A stretch of 64,000 bases of DNA from positions 62,001-126,000 of the forward strand of contig RSEE01000077.1 in NCBI GenBank assembly GCA_003971905.1, written 5' to 3'. This document shows, in pieces, positions 37,270 to 50,519 of the stretch; positions within the stretch are counted from its first letter, which is position 1; the number at the start of each line of letters is the position of its first letter. This DNA comes from Moniliella sp. 'wahieum' (Eukaryota). The translations under genes and the position numbers were made by a program. The notes below the pieces were generated by a model. That model was not told where the DNA came from, did not search any database, and saw only the letters and a list, made by a program, of their open reading frames with translations.

Positions 37270-39352
37270 CTAGAAGAAAAAGTCGAGGATCTTCTTCCAC
37301 CAGGGAAGCCGGCGGGCTTCTTCCCGCTCGGCCTGGAGCTGCGCGGGTAGGAGCCTCCCGACGCCCCGTGTCAATGTCAATGTTCCTGCCGAACCCAGGA
37401 ATTAAGCCACCAGCGGCGGGTCCGTACCAGACCGGTGTCTTGCCCCAGTACTTGACCTGCCACCGAGTGCAGAAGACAGAGTCCCAGTCCATCTCCCCAA
37501 AGAATAGGAAGACCATCACCACAGGTACCGCAAGGTACGCTTGGAAGAAGGTGACTGCCCGCTCGCTGTCCGTGTCAGCGTCGGCGCCAATGGGGGCAAT
37601 CGCAATGATCGCCTGAAAGACGAGCACGGCAAAGTTGACAACAAGGCCATATACTGCCCCGATAATCCCAACGGGCGAGCGCCAGGAATCAGCTCGACTG
37701 GCCGGCCAGCCGCCTTCCAGGCAGCACGGAAACGGAGGTGGCAAATACAGATCGTGCCTGAACAGCGAAACCAATGCGACGGAACGGGTCAGTAGGAATG
37801 GTAAGGGAAGGGGTCTATAGCAAGAAAGGGGAGCCTGCAACGTACCCCATGAGAAATGACAGCCAGACCACTGAGAGCCAAGAGCCAGTTGAAAACGTTG
37901 CCTTCGCTGGTGGAATAGACGAGGAAAGCAAGGAAGCCAAAGGCCAGCGTAAGGGCAACGGCAGGCATGGGGCGACCTTCCCGGTCAATGTAGGCAAACC
38001 ACGGGGGCCTGACCATTCTGGGCAAGGGCAACCAGTACGAGACGAGCCGTACACACTCGTATTGGCCACCGAGAGGGATGAGATGAGGATAACAGCGTTG
38101 ACAATCGAGGGCAAGGCGTGGATTTGGGCGTGTTGATCACCAACACAAAGGGAGAGCTGTTGGGATCGTTGCTGCTGGTTCCTGACGAGAGCTTGATCGG
38201 CAGGACTGAGGTTGAGAGTGATGATAAAGAGCGAGCCAATGTAAAAGAGCATGATTCGCATAAAGATCTGACGTGACGCCTTGGGCACCGCCTTGCGAGG
38301 ATTGATTGTTTCGGCCCGCTGTAATGCCAATCATCTCTGTACCAGAGAAACTGAATGCAGCACTGACCAGGACGGAGCAGAAGCCCTTGAACCCATTAAG
38401 GAAAGCGCCGCCATGGTGCCAGTACTGCAAGCCCACCGTGGTGTGGTTGGGGGCACCGCCTGCTGTGATGACAATGCCCGCCACAATGAAGCCGAGCGTC
38501 ATGCTGCCAAAGGACAAAGGAAGTGCGTAGTTAGTTGGAGATTTGGCGTCAAAGGAGGATACCACATACATGATCTTGAGCACCGAGCCAAATACCTCAA
38601 AGTCGGCATACCCACGGACGCCAAAGATGTTGATGACTGCAATGACTACCCAAGCAATGATGACCCAGACACCAGGGGAGATGTGCTTGTTGGGATCCCA
38701 GTAACCAATGATAATGGTCGCTGCCACCAATCGAGAGGTAGGGTGACGAACCATTGCATCCAGTCTGTGCAGAGAAAGGTAGAGTCAGTTCCTTGCTTGC
38801 CGAATCGAACTCATGAGGGCGGGGAAGGACGACGTACAGTTCCAGCCCATAGCGAAGCCCCAGGCGGGTGAGATGAAGCGGGTCGAGTAGGTAGAGAAGG
38901 AGCCAGACACAGGAAAGATAACCGCCAGTTCACCGAGGCACATGACGACACAATACAACATGGAGCCAATTAAGCAATAATCGATAATCAAAAAGCCTGG
39001 CCCGCCACTAGCGTAGACCGTACCAGAACCGATGTAGAGACCCGTACCAATGCTACCGCCAAAGGCGATCATCTGAATGTGGAACTGGCTTAGTTTGCGC
39101 TTGAGGCCCTCGGGGGGCGGTGTGATGTCCTGGATGGAGGAAGTGCCATCATGGTCGTCTGTTCGTGGACGTAGGGAGAATTGGCGCTTTCGACGATCGA
39201 GGTCTTCTCGGCAGGGCGGTCGGTGGTAGAGGCCTTGGCGATGTCAGGGTACTCGGCCGGGCGGGACTGGGCCGCGGCGGACTCGGGGGTGTCGACGAGG
39301 GGGCCGGATGCAGCCGAAAGCCCTCCAGCCAGTGGCGGACAGCGCTGGCCAT
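37270..39352 (-). CDS. Amino acid permease (YAT/APC family, Gap1-like), introns and frameshifts
   Basis: LKRKLSQFHIQMIAFGGSIGTGL, GELAVIFPVSGSF, AAFSFSGTE, NPRKAVPKA, FFQAYLAVP, IDIDTGRRE. Confidence 0.93.
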
Positions 39353-41483
39353 GGTGGGTTAAGGCGAGGAGGGGAGGGGGGTAGTGGGGAAGAACAAGAG
39401 AGACGAGCGCGGCGGTGGACTGCAGGGACGGTGGGGGGGATGGGAGACGGGCACAGGTGCACAGGTGCAGGTGATGGAGGTCGTTTGTCCCACGGCCCAG
39501 CGAGGCGGCAGGCGTTCAGGCTGAACTTCACCCGTTAGGCGTTAGGGGGCCGGTCGAGGCAGCACGGTTCCTGGCACGGCGTCAGTGCTTGTTTGCGGCA
39601 ACCACCTGTGGGGTTCGGAGTGTAGTCGGGCGCTGGGCTGCGAGCGCCCAGGGCACTGCGACACACTGCCGGCCGGGCCATGTTGGGCGCCGAGGACGAG
39701 TGCTGGCGAGCGTGTGGTGGCGGGGGGCAACACTGCCCGCGTGGCCCATGCGCCGGTTCAGCCCTGCCGCACCACGCCGCCCCTGCATGCAATGACTAGG
39801 CTGCTAGTGCTGGTGAGTGACTGCGCCGGTGAGAGATTTGAAACTGGACTGCGGATGCTGGCCCTGTGCCCGCTGCCCGTTACGCGATCCTCGGTGCTCG
39901 TTGGCTGGGCGCTGCAGTTGGGACTTGCTCTACCGAGTATGCAGCCGCCGTTCGGGTCTGACGCGTGACGTATTGCCCTGTCTAGTACCTGTTTCTGCGA
40001 TAGCTGCGATAGGACGAGAACAGCCGTGCTGGCTGCGCTACTGGCTTGCCCCCGATAAGCACTACGCCGCACACGGCAGACGAAGGGCTCTGGCCAACAG
40101 CGCAACCCTAGGATTTCGATTACCAGGCACTAGCATAGTCCCTTTTTGGATGCTTTAGTCACTCTGCTACCCCATGGCGTTGCTCCGCTATTCGACCGGT
40201 TTTTGCCCGGCGAACTATTAGCCTGCGAAGCGACCAGGATCAACTCGGGACTGGTGCCGAATCAATTAATCACCATCACCAGATGTCAGACGCTCAGTCA
40301 ATGGCCTCTTCAGCACCTCAGCCTCAGGCCTCAGTAGGGCCTCAGGCATCACAGTCCCACAGCCCAGCGCCTCAGGGCTCCAGCGTTAAGTTCACCATGA
40401 TGCATGACGCCATGCTCGAGCTAAGAATTCACTCTGAGTCGTCCGACGTCAGCGCGTCAGATCTCAGAGCTTCAGCGCCAGCTGAACGCCCGAAGCTCAA
40501 ATGGTTCTCTCGCAGTGTAACACAACCCACGTCTTATCAATCTTATCAGTGGATCGTTGGTCGAATATAGGCACATGCATAATCGATGATCGCGTTCAAG
40601 ACACCCCTACCATGTGCGGCCAAGTGCGCTGACCCCGACATGGGGTCCAGGGGAAGAAAGGAGCAGGGAGGAGCCCCTGTGCCTCTCTTTCCTTTTACAC
40701 GTGGGAGTGGCCAGTGGGCATGGTATCCCCACCTGTCCCTCTCAGGAGCTTTATGACGGAGTCACACTAGTCAGGCCTCGGCTGGGTCCTCGTGCTCGTC
40801 AAGCGCCAAGCTCCAATGAATGGTAACGTCGAACGTTGAACATTCTGGCATCCTTGCCATCCTTACTGGTGGTGCGCTTTTACCCAGGTCTCAGCCTCTA
40901 CCTTTACAGTCTCGCCACCATCTTTGACATCTTCTGGGGCATGCGATGCATCCCGGACGATGATTCTCACACCGTGATGAGAGCTAAACCCACTTTTTCG
41001 TTGCCGACCGCCTGCCTTATCTCGTCTGTCTAGACCTTTTACGTTTCCCATCAACTGTATTTACCAGTCCCCAGCTGACCGCTGACCGTCAGCCTTCTGC
41101 CCGCCATGTGCACCAACCCCACCGTGACAACTGCATGATGGCTGTGATGGAGAGCGGCGAGAGCAAGGACGAACATAAGTCCGCCACTCCATAACCCGTG
41201 GAAAGGCTTCGGTACTTAACTAACCCTCATCTTTTCCCATGAACTGTGATGCTCTGCAGCCTCGCCCTGCTATCCCACTTCCGTGGTTTCCTTTCTCACT
41301 TGAGGTTGTTCTCTTGGTTAGAGCGACTGCCCGAGAACAAGGCCTACCAGATCAGCCCACGAAGTACTCCCCTTCTATTCGTCTTTCCGCATGCCAAATA
41401 TCCCCTCGGGGGTAACCGATTATGCATGACAAACGTCAGGACGAGGTTTCATGCCCATTGTTGCACTGTCCATGAGGTTTTGC

Positions 41484-42482
41484 CTAGAGGGCATGAACTG
41501 CCAGCGTCTGAGAAGTGGTCCACTAGGCAAGGATAAGCGGTCAGGACAATGGGTAGGAAGCAGCCACGACAAAACCAGGGGGGGGTTAGTACGTACCACT
41601 CGGTCCGGTAGGAGATGAACAAAGTCGACCAGGTGGCCTGGTGCAATCGCAAGGTACTCCGGTCCGCCAGGTGCAGAAAACTTTCCTGTGGTAGACACTG
41701 CCAAGTCGCCCAGGTCGGGACCACGGTGCATCTCCACTTTGCGTGCACTCGCCGGATCCTCAAAGGTGACGATGCGGCTTTCGAGCTGGGGGTAGATGCG
41801 GTGGGTGCTTTCGTGGTCAAGGCCGCACGCCAGGGTGATCTTGGGTTCTTCGTCTACTTTGGTCGCGCGCTGGGGTCCTTCAAGGTAAGTGGAGTGCTCC
41901 AAGCCTGTGACCCCAGCCTGGTCGGGCAGAGGGGTGAAAAGGTGATTGACAAACGCGGCGTTAAACAGGGCCGGGTGGCCCGTAAGACCATCACCCTGAC
42001 CAGGCAAATGACGAACGCGGAAAATGGTCTTGAGCGTAGCGTCCGTGTCGGAGATGATGACCAACAGTTCGAGCAACACGTGCCACGGGTACGCAGCGTG
42101 CCAACGCGAATCGCTGCGCGAGTCGAAGCTCATGCCCAATTGCACCTCGCCCGCAGCTGCGTCGCACTCATGCGGCAGCTCTGCCAACTCAAACGTGCTC
42201 GTCCGTGCAAGACCATGCACTGGAAGCGAGGCAAGTTGCTCCCGTGTCTCCTGCGGTGCGTCCATCAGTGCCTGAACATTGGGGTTCGCGGCATCCCCCA
42301 GACAGGAAAGATGAGTCCCAGACCACCACGGATGGGCTGGGAGCCATCTAGGGTGGCCGTGTCAGGGGTAAAGAGCTGTTCTTGGCCGTCGCGGACCCAT
42401 GACAGGATGGTACCCACGAGGGTATGGATCTTGATGGCCGAGCGGCCTTGGTGGTGGCGACTTCGATGATTTCTTGGGTCAT
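41484..42482 (-). CDS. Galactose-mutarotase-superfamily protein, glucose-6-phosphate 1-epimerase-like, divergent active site
   Basis: GTILSWVRDGQEQLF..ATLDGSQPIRGGLGLIFP, LPVHGLARTS, VTGLEHSTYL; 74-nt intron 41523-41596 gives an in-frame C-terminus ..PDRV|WTTSQTLAVHAL*. Confidence 0.75.
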
Positions 42483-43366
42483 GGTAGTGTTTGCACCAAA
42501 ACTGTGGGAGGCCGTGAGGGATGGGCGCTGAGCAGTGGGAAGAAGAGAGAGAGGCGGTGGTGGGACGGTGGAGAGCATGCGCATCCTCCTTTAGCATCTC
42601 GACCGCCCCAGCTGAGGCACCACTCAATGCCTCAATGCCTCAATGCCTCTGCGCCTCGGGCCTCAGCATGGATGTTGTGATGGGGACGCTGGTGTGTTGT
42701 GCGCGGTGCTGAATCAATTAATCAACGTTCAACACAACACGGCCCTGTCTGCCACCGCGCCTGTTTCTCTCGGGCCTTTCCGCCCGCCCGGGCCAGCGCA
42801 GCGCAGGGCGGGGTTAAACGTTAAACGTTAATTAACCCAAGCGAAGGACTCATGCGAAATGATTTTCATGTCATGCTGCATGCCGGGCCGAAGCTCCCTG
42901 ACATATTGCGTCATTGGGGCTCTAGGGCTGTGCCTCCGTGGAGTGTGCGATTGGACGAAGGCTTTGGAAAATAAACGAGACGGACGCTCGCGTTCGGCTC
43001 TCTTCCTCTTCACCTTCTCGTCTTAGATCTTATCGCCCAAGACTCCGCCGGCCTTCCCTTCGTCCTTTTTGCCGGCGGTTAACGCTTGTGGCTTCAAGCT
43101 TCAAGCTTCCAAGTGAGGCTTCACCCCTCAAAGGATTGCCCGTTCCATTTTTTCTCCTTAGTTGTTGGTGCCAGCCTTGTTGGGGGCCCTGCGCTTTAGG
43201 CCACCTATTACAACAAACGATCAATGTTCACAACGTACTGCAACGAGGACGTTGCTGACGCGTTGAAGCTCAGCCTGAGCCCTCAGCCTGAGGCGACTTC
43301 TAGAGCGGAATTATGCATCCAGAGAGCCAAAACATCAAAAAGTAGCGCGACTGAGAACCAAAAAAG

Positions 43367-43460
43367 TGACTTCGCCCGGATCGAACCGAGGACCTTATCC
43401 GTTAACATGGGCACTAGGCCAGTGTTAAGGATACGTGATAACCACCTACACCACGATGCC
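43367..43460 (-). tRNA. tRNA-Val(AAC) with intron, copy 3 (one base missing in T-stem, possibly an assembly error)
   Basis: Near-identical to copy 1; CCCGGA vs CCCGGGA; T-run terminator. Confidence 0.85.
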
Positions 43461-44743
43461 TTATGAGAGTGCAATGTGGTATGCAAAATGGGGTACATTC
43501 TACACTCTCTGCTGTTCTCTGATACAGGATTCGGACCTTGCCTTGTGCTCTTGGCGCCTCGTCCATCCTTTGGAGGTATATGGAATAGACTGAAGACCTC
43601 CGTCCACCTTCACCAGTCACCTCTGTATTTCCGCGCACCCAGTCTCCCACCCTATATGCCCTAGCATCGAGCATCCCTGTCTGTATCCGTAGCATCCAGC
43701 GCGGCCAATCGGGGGGAAACAACTGTATACTATTTACTGACGTTGGTCGAACATCACGGGAAGGAGAGGGTGAAGCTATGATGTAGTGCCAGAGACACCG
43801 TATCTAAAGTGCGAATGCTGCTTCGTCTCGGATGGAAGTAACTAATGCACGGGGCTTAGTGAACAACGCTGTGGTGCATTTGTGCTGGCTACTAACAGCT
43901 CGGACAGCATGGACATGTCGGGGGCGCGGGCCGGAGTGCGGGCGTCTTCGTGTCATGGGCGAGCCCGGTTCCGGCGAGGGGGGCGGGAGGCCGCCAGAGT
44001 GGCTGAGGTGGTGTTTGACTTATTTATACGGGAAATACCGAGGCGGGGCTGCGATGGGGGTGTGGGAGAAGTCTCTCTTGTCACCATGAGGGAGACGAGC
44101 AAGGCAGGGGTCAGAATGGTGGGGATGCAATCATGGGGGAGGCAGCCCGGAGGCGCAGCGAAGGAGCGGAACAGAGGCGGATCGGGACCACCTCGCACAA
44201 TGCTCCCAACAACCGTTACTAGTTACTACTCTCATGCAGGCACATGCCTTGCGTCTGGTGTTCGGCGGGCGGCGGCGCAGAGGCTGCCCCAGTGGCGGGA
44301 TCGACGTGAGGCCTGAGGCCTGAGGCAAGACAGGATCCGAGACACCCAGAGGCTATATCCATGTCTCAGGATTTTAAAACCCCGCTGCGCCGGCCACCCA
44401 CGACGCTCGTCCAGCGGCAGTGTGGTGATCCAGGTTAGTCAACGTGCGGGGAAGGCACGGGGGCAGTGTTGCAGCGGTGGTCGGGCAGGCGCACAAACAG
44501 TGTGCGGTGCTGGGCTAGGATTTGGAGGCCAGATGCAGCGGCCAGCGCCTAGCCTGACTCCCGCTCCCACCGCGCCGTCCCTTCCCCCCCCCCCTTAAAA
44601 GACCAGATCAGTGCCGGCACTGCTTTCACTTTTATCACCTCCACTTCCAGCTGCAAGAGCATTTTCCCTGCCTTTCAACCACAGGGCATCGGACGCCTAC
44701 AAGGCCACCTCCCCCAGTAAGAACGACCAGCTATCGAACCGTC

Positions 44744-45850
44744 ATGGTGCCTGCCCACGGCCGCTCCAGCCTTCGTCAAATACCCTACGTCCTCATGGGG
44801 GACGACACCGGCCCCCACAATAGCAACGTGCGCTACATCCCCCAGCATCGCCGCCTTGGCCAGGGTGGATTCGGCACAGTCTCCCTGGCCAAGCGCTCAT
44901 CCGACCAGGCTCTGGTTGCGATAAGTGTCATCCTCTGCACTGCGAGCTAAAAAGAGCCTTCTGGACCAGCCGATGCGACTCAAGCTCGCCAACTTTGGTA
45001 TGAGCCTCGCGTGCCCGCGCGACTCCCCCTGCGCCACGTGGATCGGTGGCACAGATTGCTACGTTGCCCCGGAGCTGGTCGATCCTCCGGCCTGGTCCCC
45101 GAGGCTTGCATCCACGGCAACGGACATGTACGCGATCGGGAGCATCGTACGAAATGTGTGCGCCCTCTCCCGCTTGATTTATCCCGGGCCCGATGGCCGA
45201 CCACGGCGTGCCGAGCCGATCTTGCCCCAAGCGTACCCACCCTGGCTGGGCCAGGTGGCGCAGTACCAAGTGAAAACGCAGCCGAGTGAACGTCCCCCCC
45301 GCGCCAGATCTTGGCGCTGGACGTGATGGTAGCAGAGGCACAGCAACTTGCCCTCGCCGAGCCCAAGGCCGAAGCTGAACACCGGATTGCTCCACCTGGA
45401 GCAAATGGGCCGTCACCACCAAACAATTATGCCCCCGCCCGCGACCCCGAAGGTACCGGCCGAGCTGGACATGAACGAGAACGCACTTCTGTACTCGCTC
45501 ACCGACGGGTCTAGCAGCGACGACTGCGACCGCGCCTATGACGATGATGCGTCACTCACGACCCTCCGGCTCGAGCTTGCGAAGTACATCAAGGCGAATG
45601 ACAAAGTAGAGGAGCAGCTCGAGGCGCTGGACGAAGTGGAGGAGGAAATGGCGCCGCTTGCAGGCGGCCGTCTTCCACGGACGCCTTGGTAATGAATGGA
45701 TCGAAAGGGTCCGGGCCAAGTTGGACAATGAACGGGCCACGGCCCAGGAGGCCCGAGACCCTCTGTATAGAGCAGGTACTGGGCGATATGTCCCGCCGAC
45801 TTGACTGGATCGAAGATAATGTGTGCTGCAGCAGGAATTTGCCCTGCCTG
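44744..45850 (+). pseudogene. Internally deleted paralog of the 7306-8870 kinase
   Basis: PYVLMGDDTGPHNSNVRY..LGQGGFGTVSLAKRSSDQALVAI, then a stop and a jump to LLDQPMRLKLANFG..YVAPE..TDMYAIG; subdomains III-VIb absent. Confidence 0.8.
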
Positions 45851-46453
45851 ACGTGGACTAGACATCCTTCATTCATTCCTTACTACTACTAATCATATAC
45901 TCCATCCCATGGTTCAGGTTGGGCTTTGGCTTGACCTGCATCCCTTTTTTGTGAACCACACACCATGCCAGTGTTCTTTCTATACATATTAGCTGTTCCC
46001 CTATATACTGTGGAAAGGGCGAAGGTTTGCAGGCAGTACTCCGCTACCACTCCGCGCCACTTGATGATCGAGGCCTGAGTGTGAAGTGTGGTACGTGTAC
46101 TATACGCCACCAAACACAACACACGATTCGTGTGGGTGGAACAGCACTGATGGGTATTACGCACAGAGGAGCAGGCAACTATAACTCGAGATCATCGAAG
46201 TACAAGTTTCGTGCCCACCCGTCCTAAACGACCTCGCACGGTGTAGCGCTTACACCAACCTGGTTTATAAGAAAAAGGGTATCAAGACAGAAAAGATGGG
46301 AAACAAAGTGATTGCGGATGCGGGTAAAAAGCGGACACAGATGGTGAACACAGAGCTTGCAAAAGAGGGATGTATAGGGGGTATGGATGTGGATGTGGGT
46401 GTGGGTATGGATCCGCACAGCGTGCATCACACAGTGGGGAGGGATCACGCCAA

Positions 46454-49400
46454 TCAATAAGGCGGACGGAGATGGGAAGGGTCGTGATACGGGCCGGGGG
46501 GGTACTGTTGGTACCCATGCATCGAGGGGGCGGCGGAGGGAGGAAGAGAAGGTGCACCGTCGGGCGCAAATGTACTGGGAGCGTAGGTGCGGTCGGCGGG
46601 GTAAGCGGATGGTTCATGGCCAGGTTGGATTGCGTAAGAAGTGGAGTCGGCCTGGGTGTAGGTACCTTCGTAGTAGGTAGAGGGATCGGGGTACCGTGGC
46701 AGCGTGGTGTCCGAGTGCAACGAGCTGGTGCTCGCTCCGCCCGGTCCAAGTGGGGGTCGAAGGGTGCCCACAGCACTGGGCGCGCGGGAGGGTAGGTCAT
46801 CGGGGCGCGCTGGCGGTGCGCGAGCCATATAACAAGTCCAGTTGCGAGACCATCCCCCTTTCTCGGGATCGTACGTGTCGGCCAGGGTACTTGATCCGCC
46901 CTTTGAGTCCCCACGGGCCATGGAGAGAGCCATGCCAGAATCAGGGTAGAGCAACCTTTCCTTGGATTCGCCCCATGCCCCTTGTCCCACGGCCGTGTGG
47001 GTGGGAGCATGCATTGCCCTCTCGTACTCCTCTGTCGGGGCACCGGGGCCGCCAGCAAGGTACTTGGTGTACTGCTGTTGGAACTGGTCTTGGTAGTACC
47101 CGGCGCCCAAGGGCGACGGTCCGGTGGGCTGGCGCGATGGTCCGAGAGCAGTAGAAAGTGTAGTGGAAGACATGATGGAACGAGTGTCGTCGTCCTTTTG
47201 TGGGTCGTACTCCAACTGGTCCTCCTCCACAAACGCAATCTTGATCCCGCCACCAATGGCAGCTGTCTCGACTTGGCGTCCATCGACCATGGCCATTTTC
47301 GTCTCGTCCAGCCGTCCATGGTACACTTGCGAAAGCAGGTCTTGCATCCGAGCGTGTACCATAGGCGTCCAGAGTTTTCCGGTCAAGTAAGGGTGACCAA
47401 AACGACGTTCGAGACGGTGATGCCGCTGGTCGCCCTTGTGCACCCGCACTTGAGCCGCCTCCTCCGTATCGGGATGTACCACTCAAACTTGCGTTCAAAA
47501 GTTCGGCGGATGTAGATTTTGAAAATGAGGACAAACAAAATAGGAGGCAGACAAGCTACTGCGCGGTAACCCGTCTTGATGTCTTCCAGCAGAACGGCCA
47601 AGACGAGGATGACTTGCATGAACAGCACATTGATCAAAAACCGATTGGAGGCAGCCGGCCAGAGAGCGCCACCGGCCTCATGCTTGGTTTGGTTGACGTA
47701 CATGAGCTGGTACTTGTTGGCGACGCTGTACGTCCAGCACACAATGGCGCCCAGCACCACGATCAGCGGCGAAAGCGTTGCATATACCATCGCCACCGCA
47801 CCGACAAAGAGGACGTTGGCATAGTAGTTGCTGTATTCAAAAAAGGGTGGTTCCGTTAGCTCCCGCACGTCGCGGGAGTCTTGCTAAACAGGCCTTTATG
47901 TAGCCACACAAACATGAGCTTGATGACCTGAGCCAGATCGAGAAAGACGAGCATGACTTTCAGCGGCATCCAGGTCAGCCAGTAGTTGCCCAACATAAAG
48001 TACTGCTGTTTGATTGTCTGGGGAAGTTGCATTCTGTCCATAATCACCTTGAACTTGACCGACTTTTGTACCGAGGAGACAATCAGTGCAATCAAGTTGA
48101 TGACCACTCCAATCAGGGTAAAGACGATGAGCTGGGAAATGACGAGGTAGCCATAGTACTGCCCCAAAATCACCCGATCCGTCTTGATTTTGGACGTAAT
48201 GCCGCGGTACTTGGCCAAACGGCGCATAGAAATGGGCAGCAGCCACCCGGCCACGGCTGAGATCAACGGGGGCAGGATACCGGCGACAGCAGCAAAGGAC
48301 AGGTGGCTGGAGGTGTACCAGGTATGAGGAAGGGAATCAAGGCATGGTGTGCCGTCGTGTCGTCTGTCGTCTGGCCCGACCCGCTGCCCGTCCACTGCAC
48401 ATGATCACTGGCAAAGAGACTCATGTTGGAGATCAAGTTAACCCCGGTCAAGGGAACTGCGTTGACGAACAAGAGAACGGTAAGCAACACGAATCCCAGT
48501 GCACTAGATCGGAAACGTTGCCACGAGTCCAGTGTCAAGTTGCGCCAGATGATCGCGTTGGGGGGAGGGGCGAGTTGAATCTTGAGACCATGAGGGCGCT
48601 TGTGCCTCAAACTGCGGGCAGCGGCATGCGCATAATGCACAGCCCCGGTACTGGCAAACCCGTAGCCGATCGGCCGCTTTTCTGTAATGCGTTGGCGCCA
48701 TTCTTGAATCGAGCTCTCGACCTGCTCGATCTGTTCCGAGTAGTAATCGATCGCGTCGACCTTACGACCACCCATACCGAGGAACCCGCCTAGGCGCGCG
48801 GTTGGCCGTCGAGTGCGAACTGTGGTGGGGGTGCGAAGGTACCAGACCAAAGCACGCTCCAGCTTCCGCACCAGAATCTTGTGCCTGTCGATCAGGTCTG
48901 GAAGGAGCCCCATGTCGCGTCCGATAAAGACTTCGGTGGTGGGATAGGGCATCTTTAGCGCTGCAACACTCCGTATAAAGCCTCGTCGGACCGCATCGAG
49001 GATTGAACATGGGTAATGAGGAGAGTACGGGCGTACAAGGCGTCTTGGTATTCAGGCGATCGGAACCAGTCCCATCGCAAGCGCAACATGTGACGCCAGT
49101 TGAACCACAAAAAGACCATGGCAACCAATGTTCCAAAGTAGCTCATCACCACATGCGCCCACAAATCACTGCCATGCACGTCGCGCATGGTAATCATGAA
49201 GAGAAAGTTGTGTTGATTGTCGTCAGAAGAATTGCTGCTGGAGTCACGATCATCCACATTGAACATCACGTCAATGGGGATGAGCACGGCGCACATAACG
49301 AGACCAATGACAGTCAGGCACCAGCGCATCATGTGGACAAAGCGGAGGTAAGCGACGGCGTCCAGCCCAATGATCGGAAGCAGGTCCTTCTCCTTCATCT

Positions 49401-49758
49401 CCACAGGGGGGGCAGCCAGCCAAAGGGGTTCCTGCCCATGGCTGGGCAGGCAGGTCGGCCGTCGGCGTATTTGAGTTTGGGTTCGTACACTATTCGGTTG
49501 CTGGGGCGCATGAACTGGAAAAGAGCAGCATGGCTGCGGCTGCAGCGGCATAGGTGGCGACGGCAATACCAACCTGGGGGGCACTGATGGAGGACTGGGA
49601 GTTCTGGGGGCGGGAAGGGACGTCAGCGCAGCAGATCGTCAGCATGTGGAGGGCAGGTGGGGGAGGAAGCGTACCAAGGCACAGATGATGATGGCACCCA
49701 GCTGCTTGAGGTTGCCTGAGACCTCTTGGCAGGAGCCGGGCTGGTTGGAGGTAGACAT
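46454..49758 (-). CDS. OSCA/TMEM63/CSC1 (DUF221/RSN1) stress-gated cation channel, frameshifted
   Basis: GLDAVAYLRF, LWAHVV, ARTLLIT, KVDAIDYY, LAPPPNAIIWRNL, FEYSNYY, KYQLMYV..KHEAGGALWP. Confidence 0.93.
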
Positions 49759-49934
49759 GGTCGTCTGGAGGAGGGAGAATGTGGGGGCGGGATGGTAGGA
49801 GGCGGTCAAATGGGCATGGCGTGGGGGTGCCCACGAGCTAGCGAGAGGGAGTGGGGGCGGAGTGCGCTGGGTGGTGATGGAGGTGGTGGTGGGAGTAGGA
49901 CAGAGGAGTAGGTGTGGATGGGAGTAGCAGAGCG

Positions 49935-49969
<35 letters not shown>

Positions 49970-50263
49970 TCTGATCCAGCTGATCCACCGGTTCCTTTGG
50001 GGTCTCCACCACCGCCCCCTTGGGTCTGGCCAGGCAAAAGTGCAAAACCAGCTCGGATGTGCCGCGCGGTGCGGTGTGCGGAGCATCCAGCACGGGGGCT
50101 CTGTCGTGTCACGTGGCCATCCCATCAACTAGCGATCGCCACTGTCACCTGTCACAGATGCCATGCCACACCCAGCACCAGCCGCACGGCGCCAGTCACC
50201 GTTTCACCGGTCGCCTGCTATTGGCCACCGGGCCGGCCAAGGCTGCCGCAGCCACACTGCCAG

Positions 50264-50304
50264 TCACTAGTCACTAGTCACTAGTCTAGCACTAGTCATC
50301 GATC
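50264..50304. repeat. Heptamer array TCA-CTAG x3+
   Basis: TCACTAGTCACTAGTCACTAGTCTAGCACTAGTCATCGATC. Confidence 0.9.
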
Positions 50305-50519
50305 ATTGCATGACTCTAGGCACGGTCACATGCCACGTGTCACATGTCACAGCCAATCGCCTGTCCAAGCAGATGCTGATACCACAGCAGACACGCACAG
50401 TGCCATGCGGCTGCCATGGCACCTTGGCTTGCAGCGTTGGACGTCCAGCTGGACGGGTGTCTGGTGGATCCTTCCATAGTCCTTTGCCCACACTCGGCAA
50501 CCTTCGCCTTCTGCGCCCC

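Noticed and set aside
30470..42482. ALDH, reductase, permease and epimerase as a metabolic gene cluster
   Set aside because: Interspersed with housekeeping SHQ1 and MCR1; no backbone enzyme or coherent pathway.
9153..43460. Three ~95-bp dispersed repeats as a SINE or CRISPR-like element
   Set aside because: Similarity ends at the tRNA boundaries; complete cloverleafs with terminators; no spacer array, tail or cas genes.
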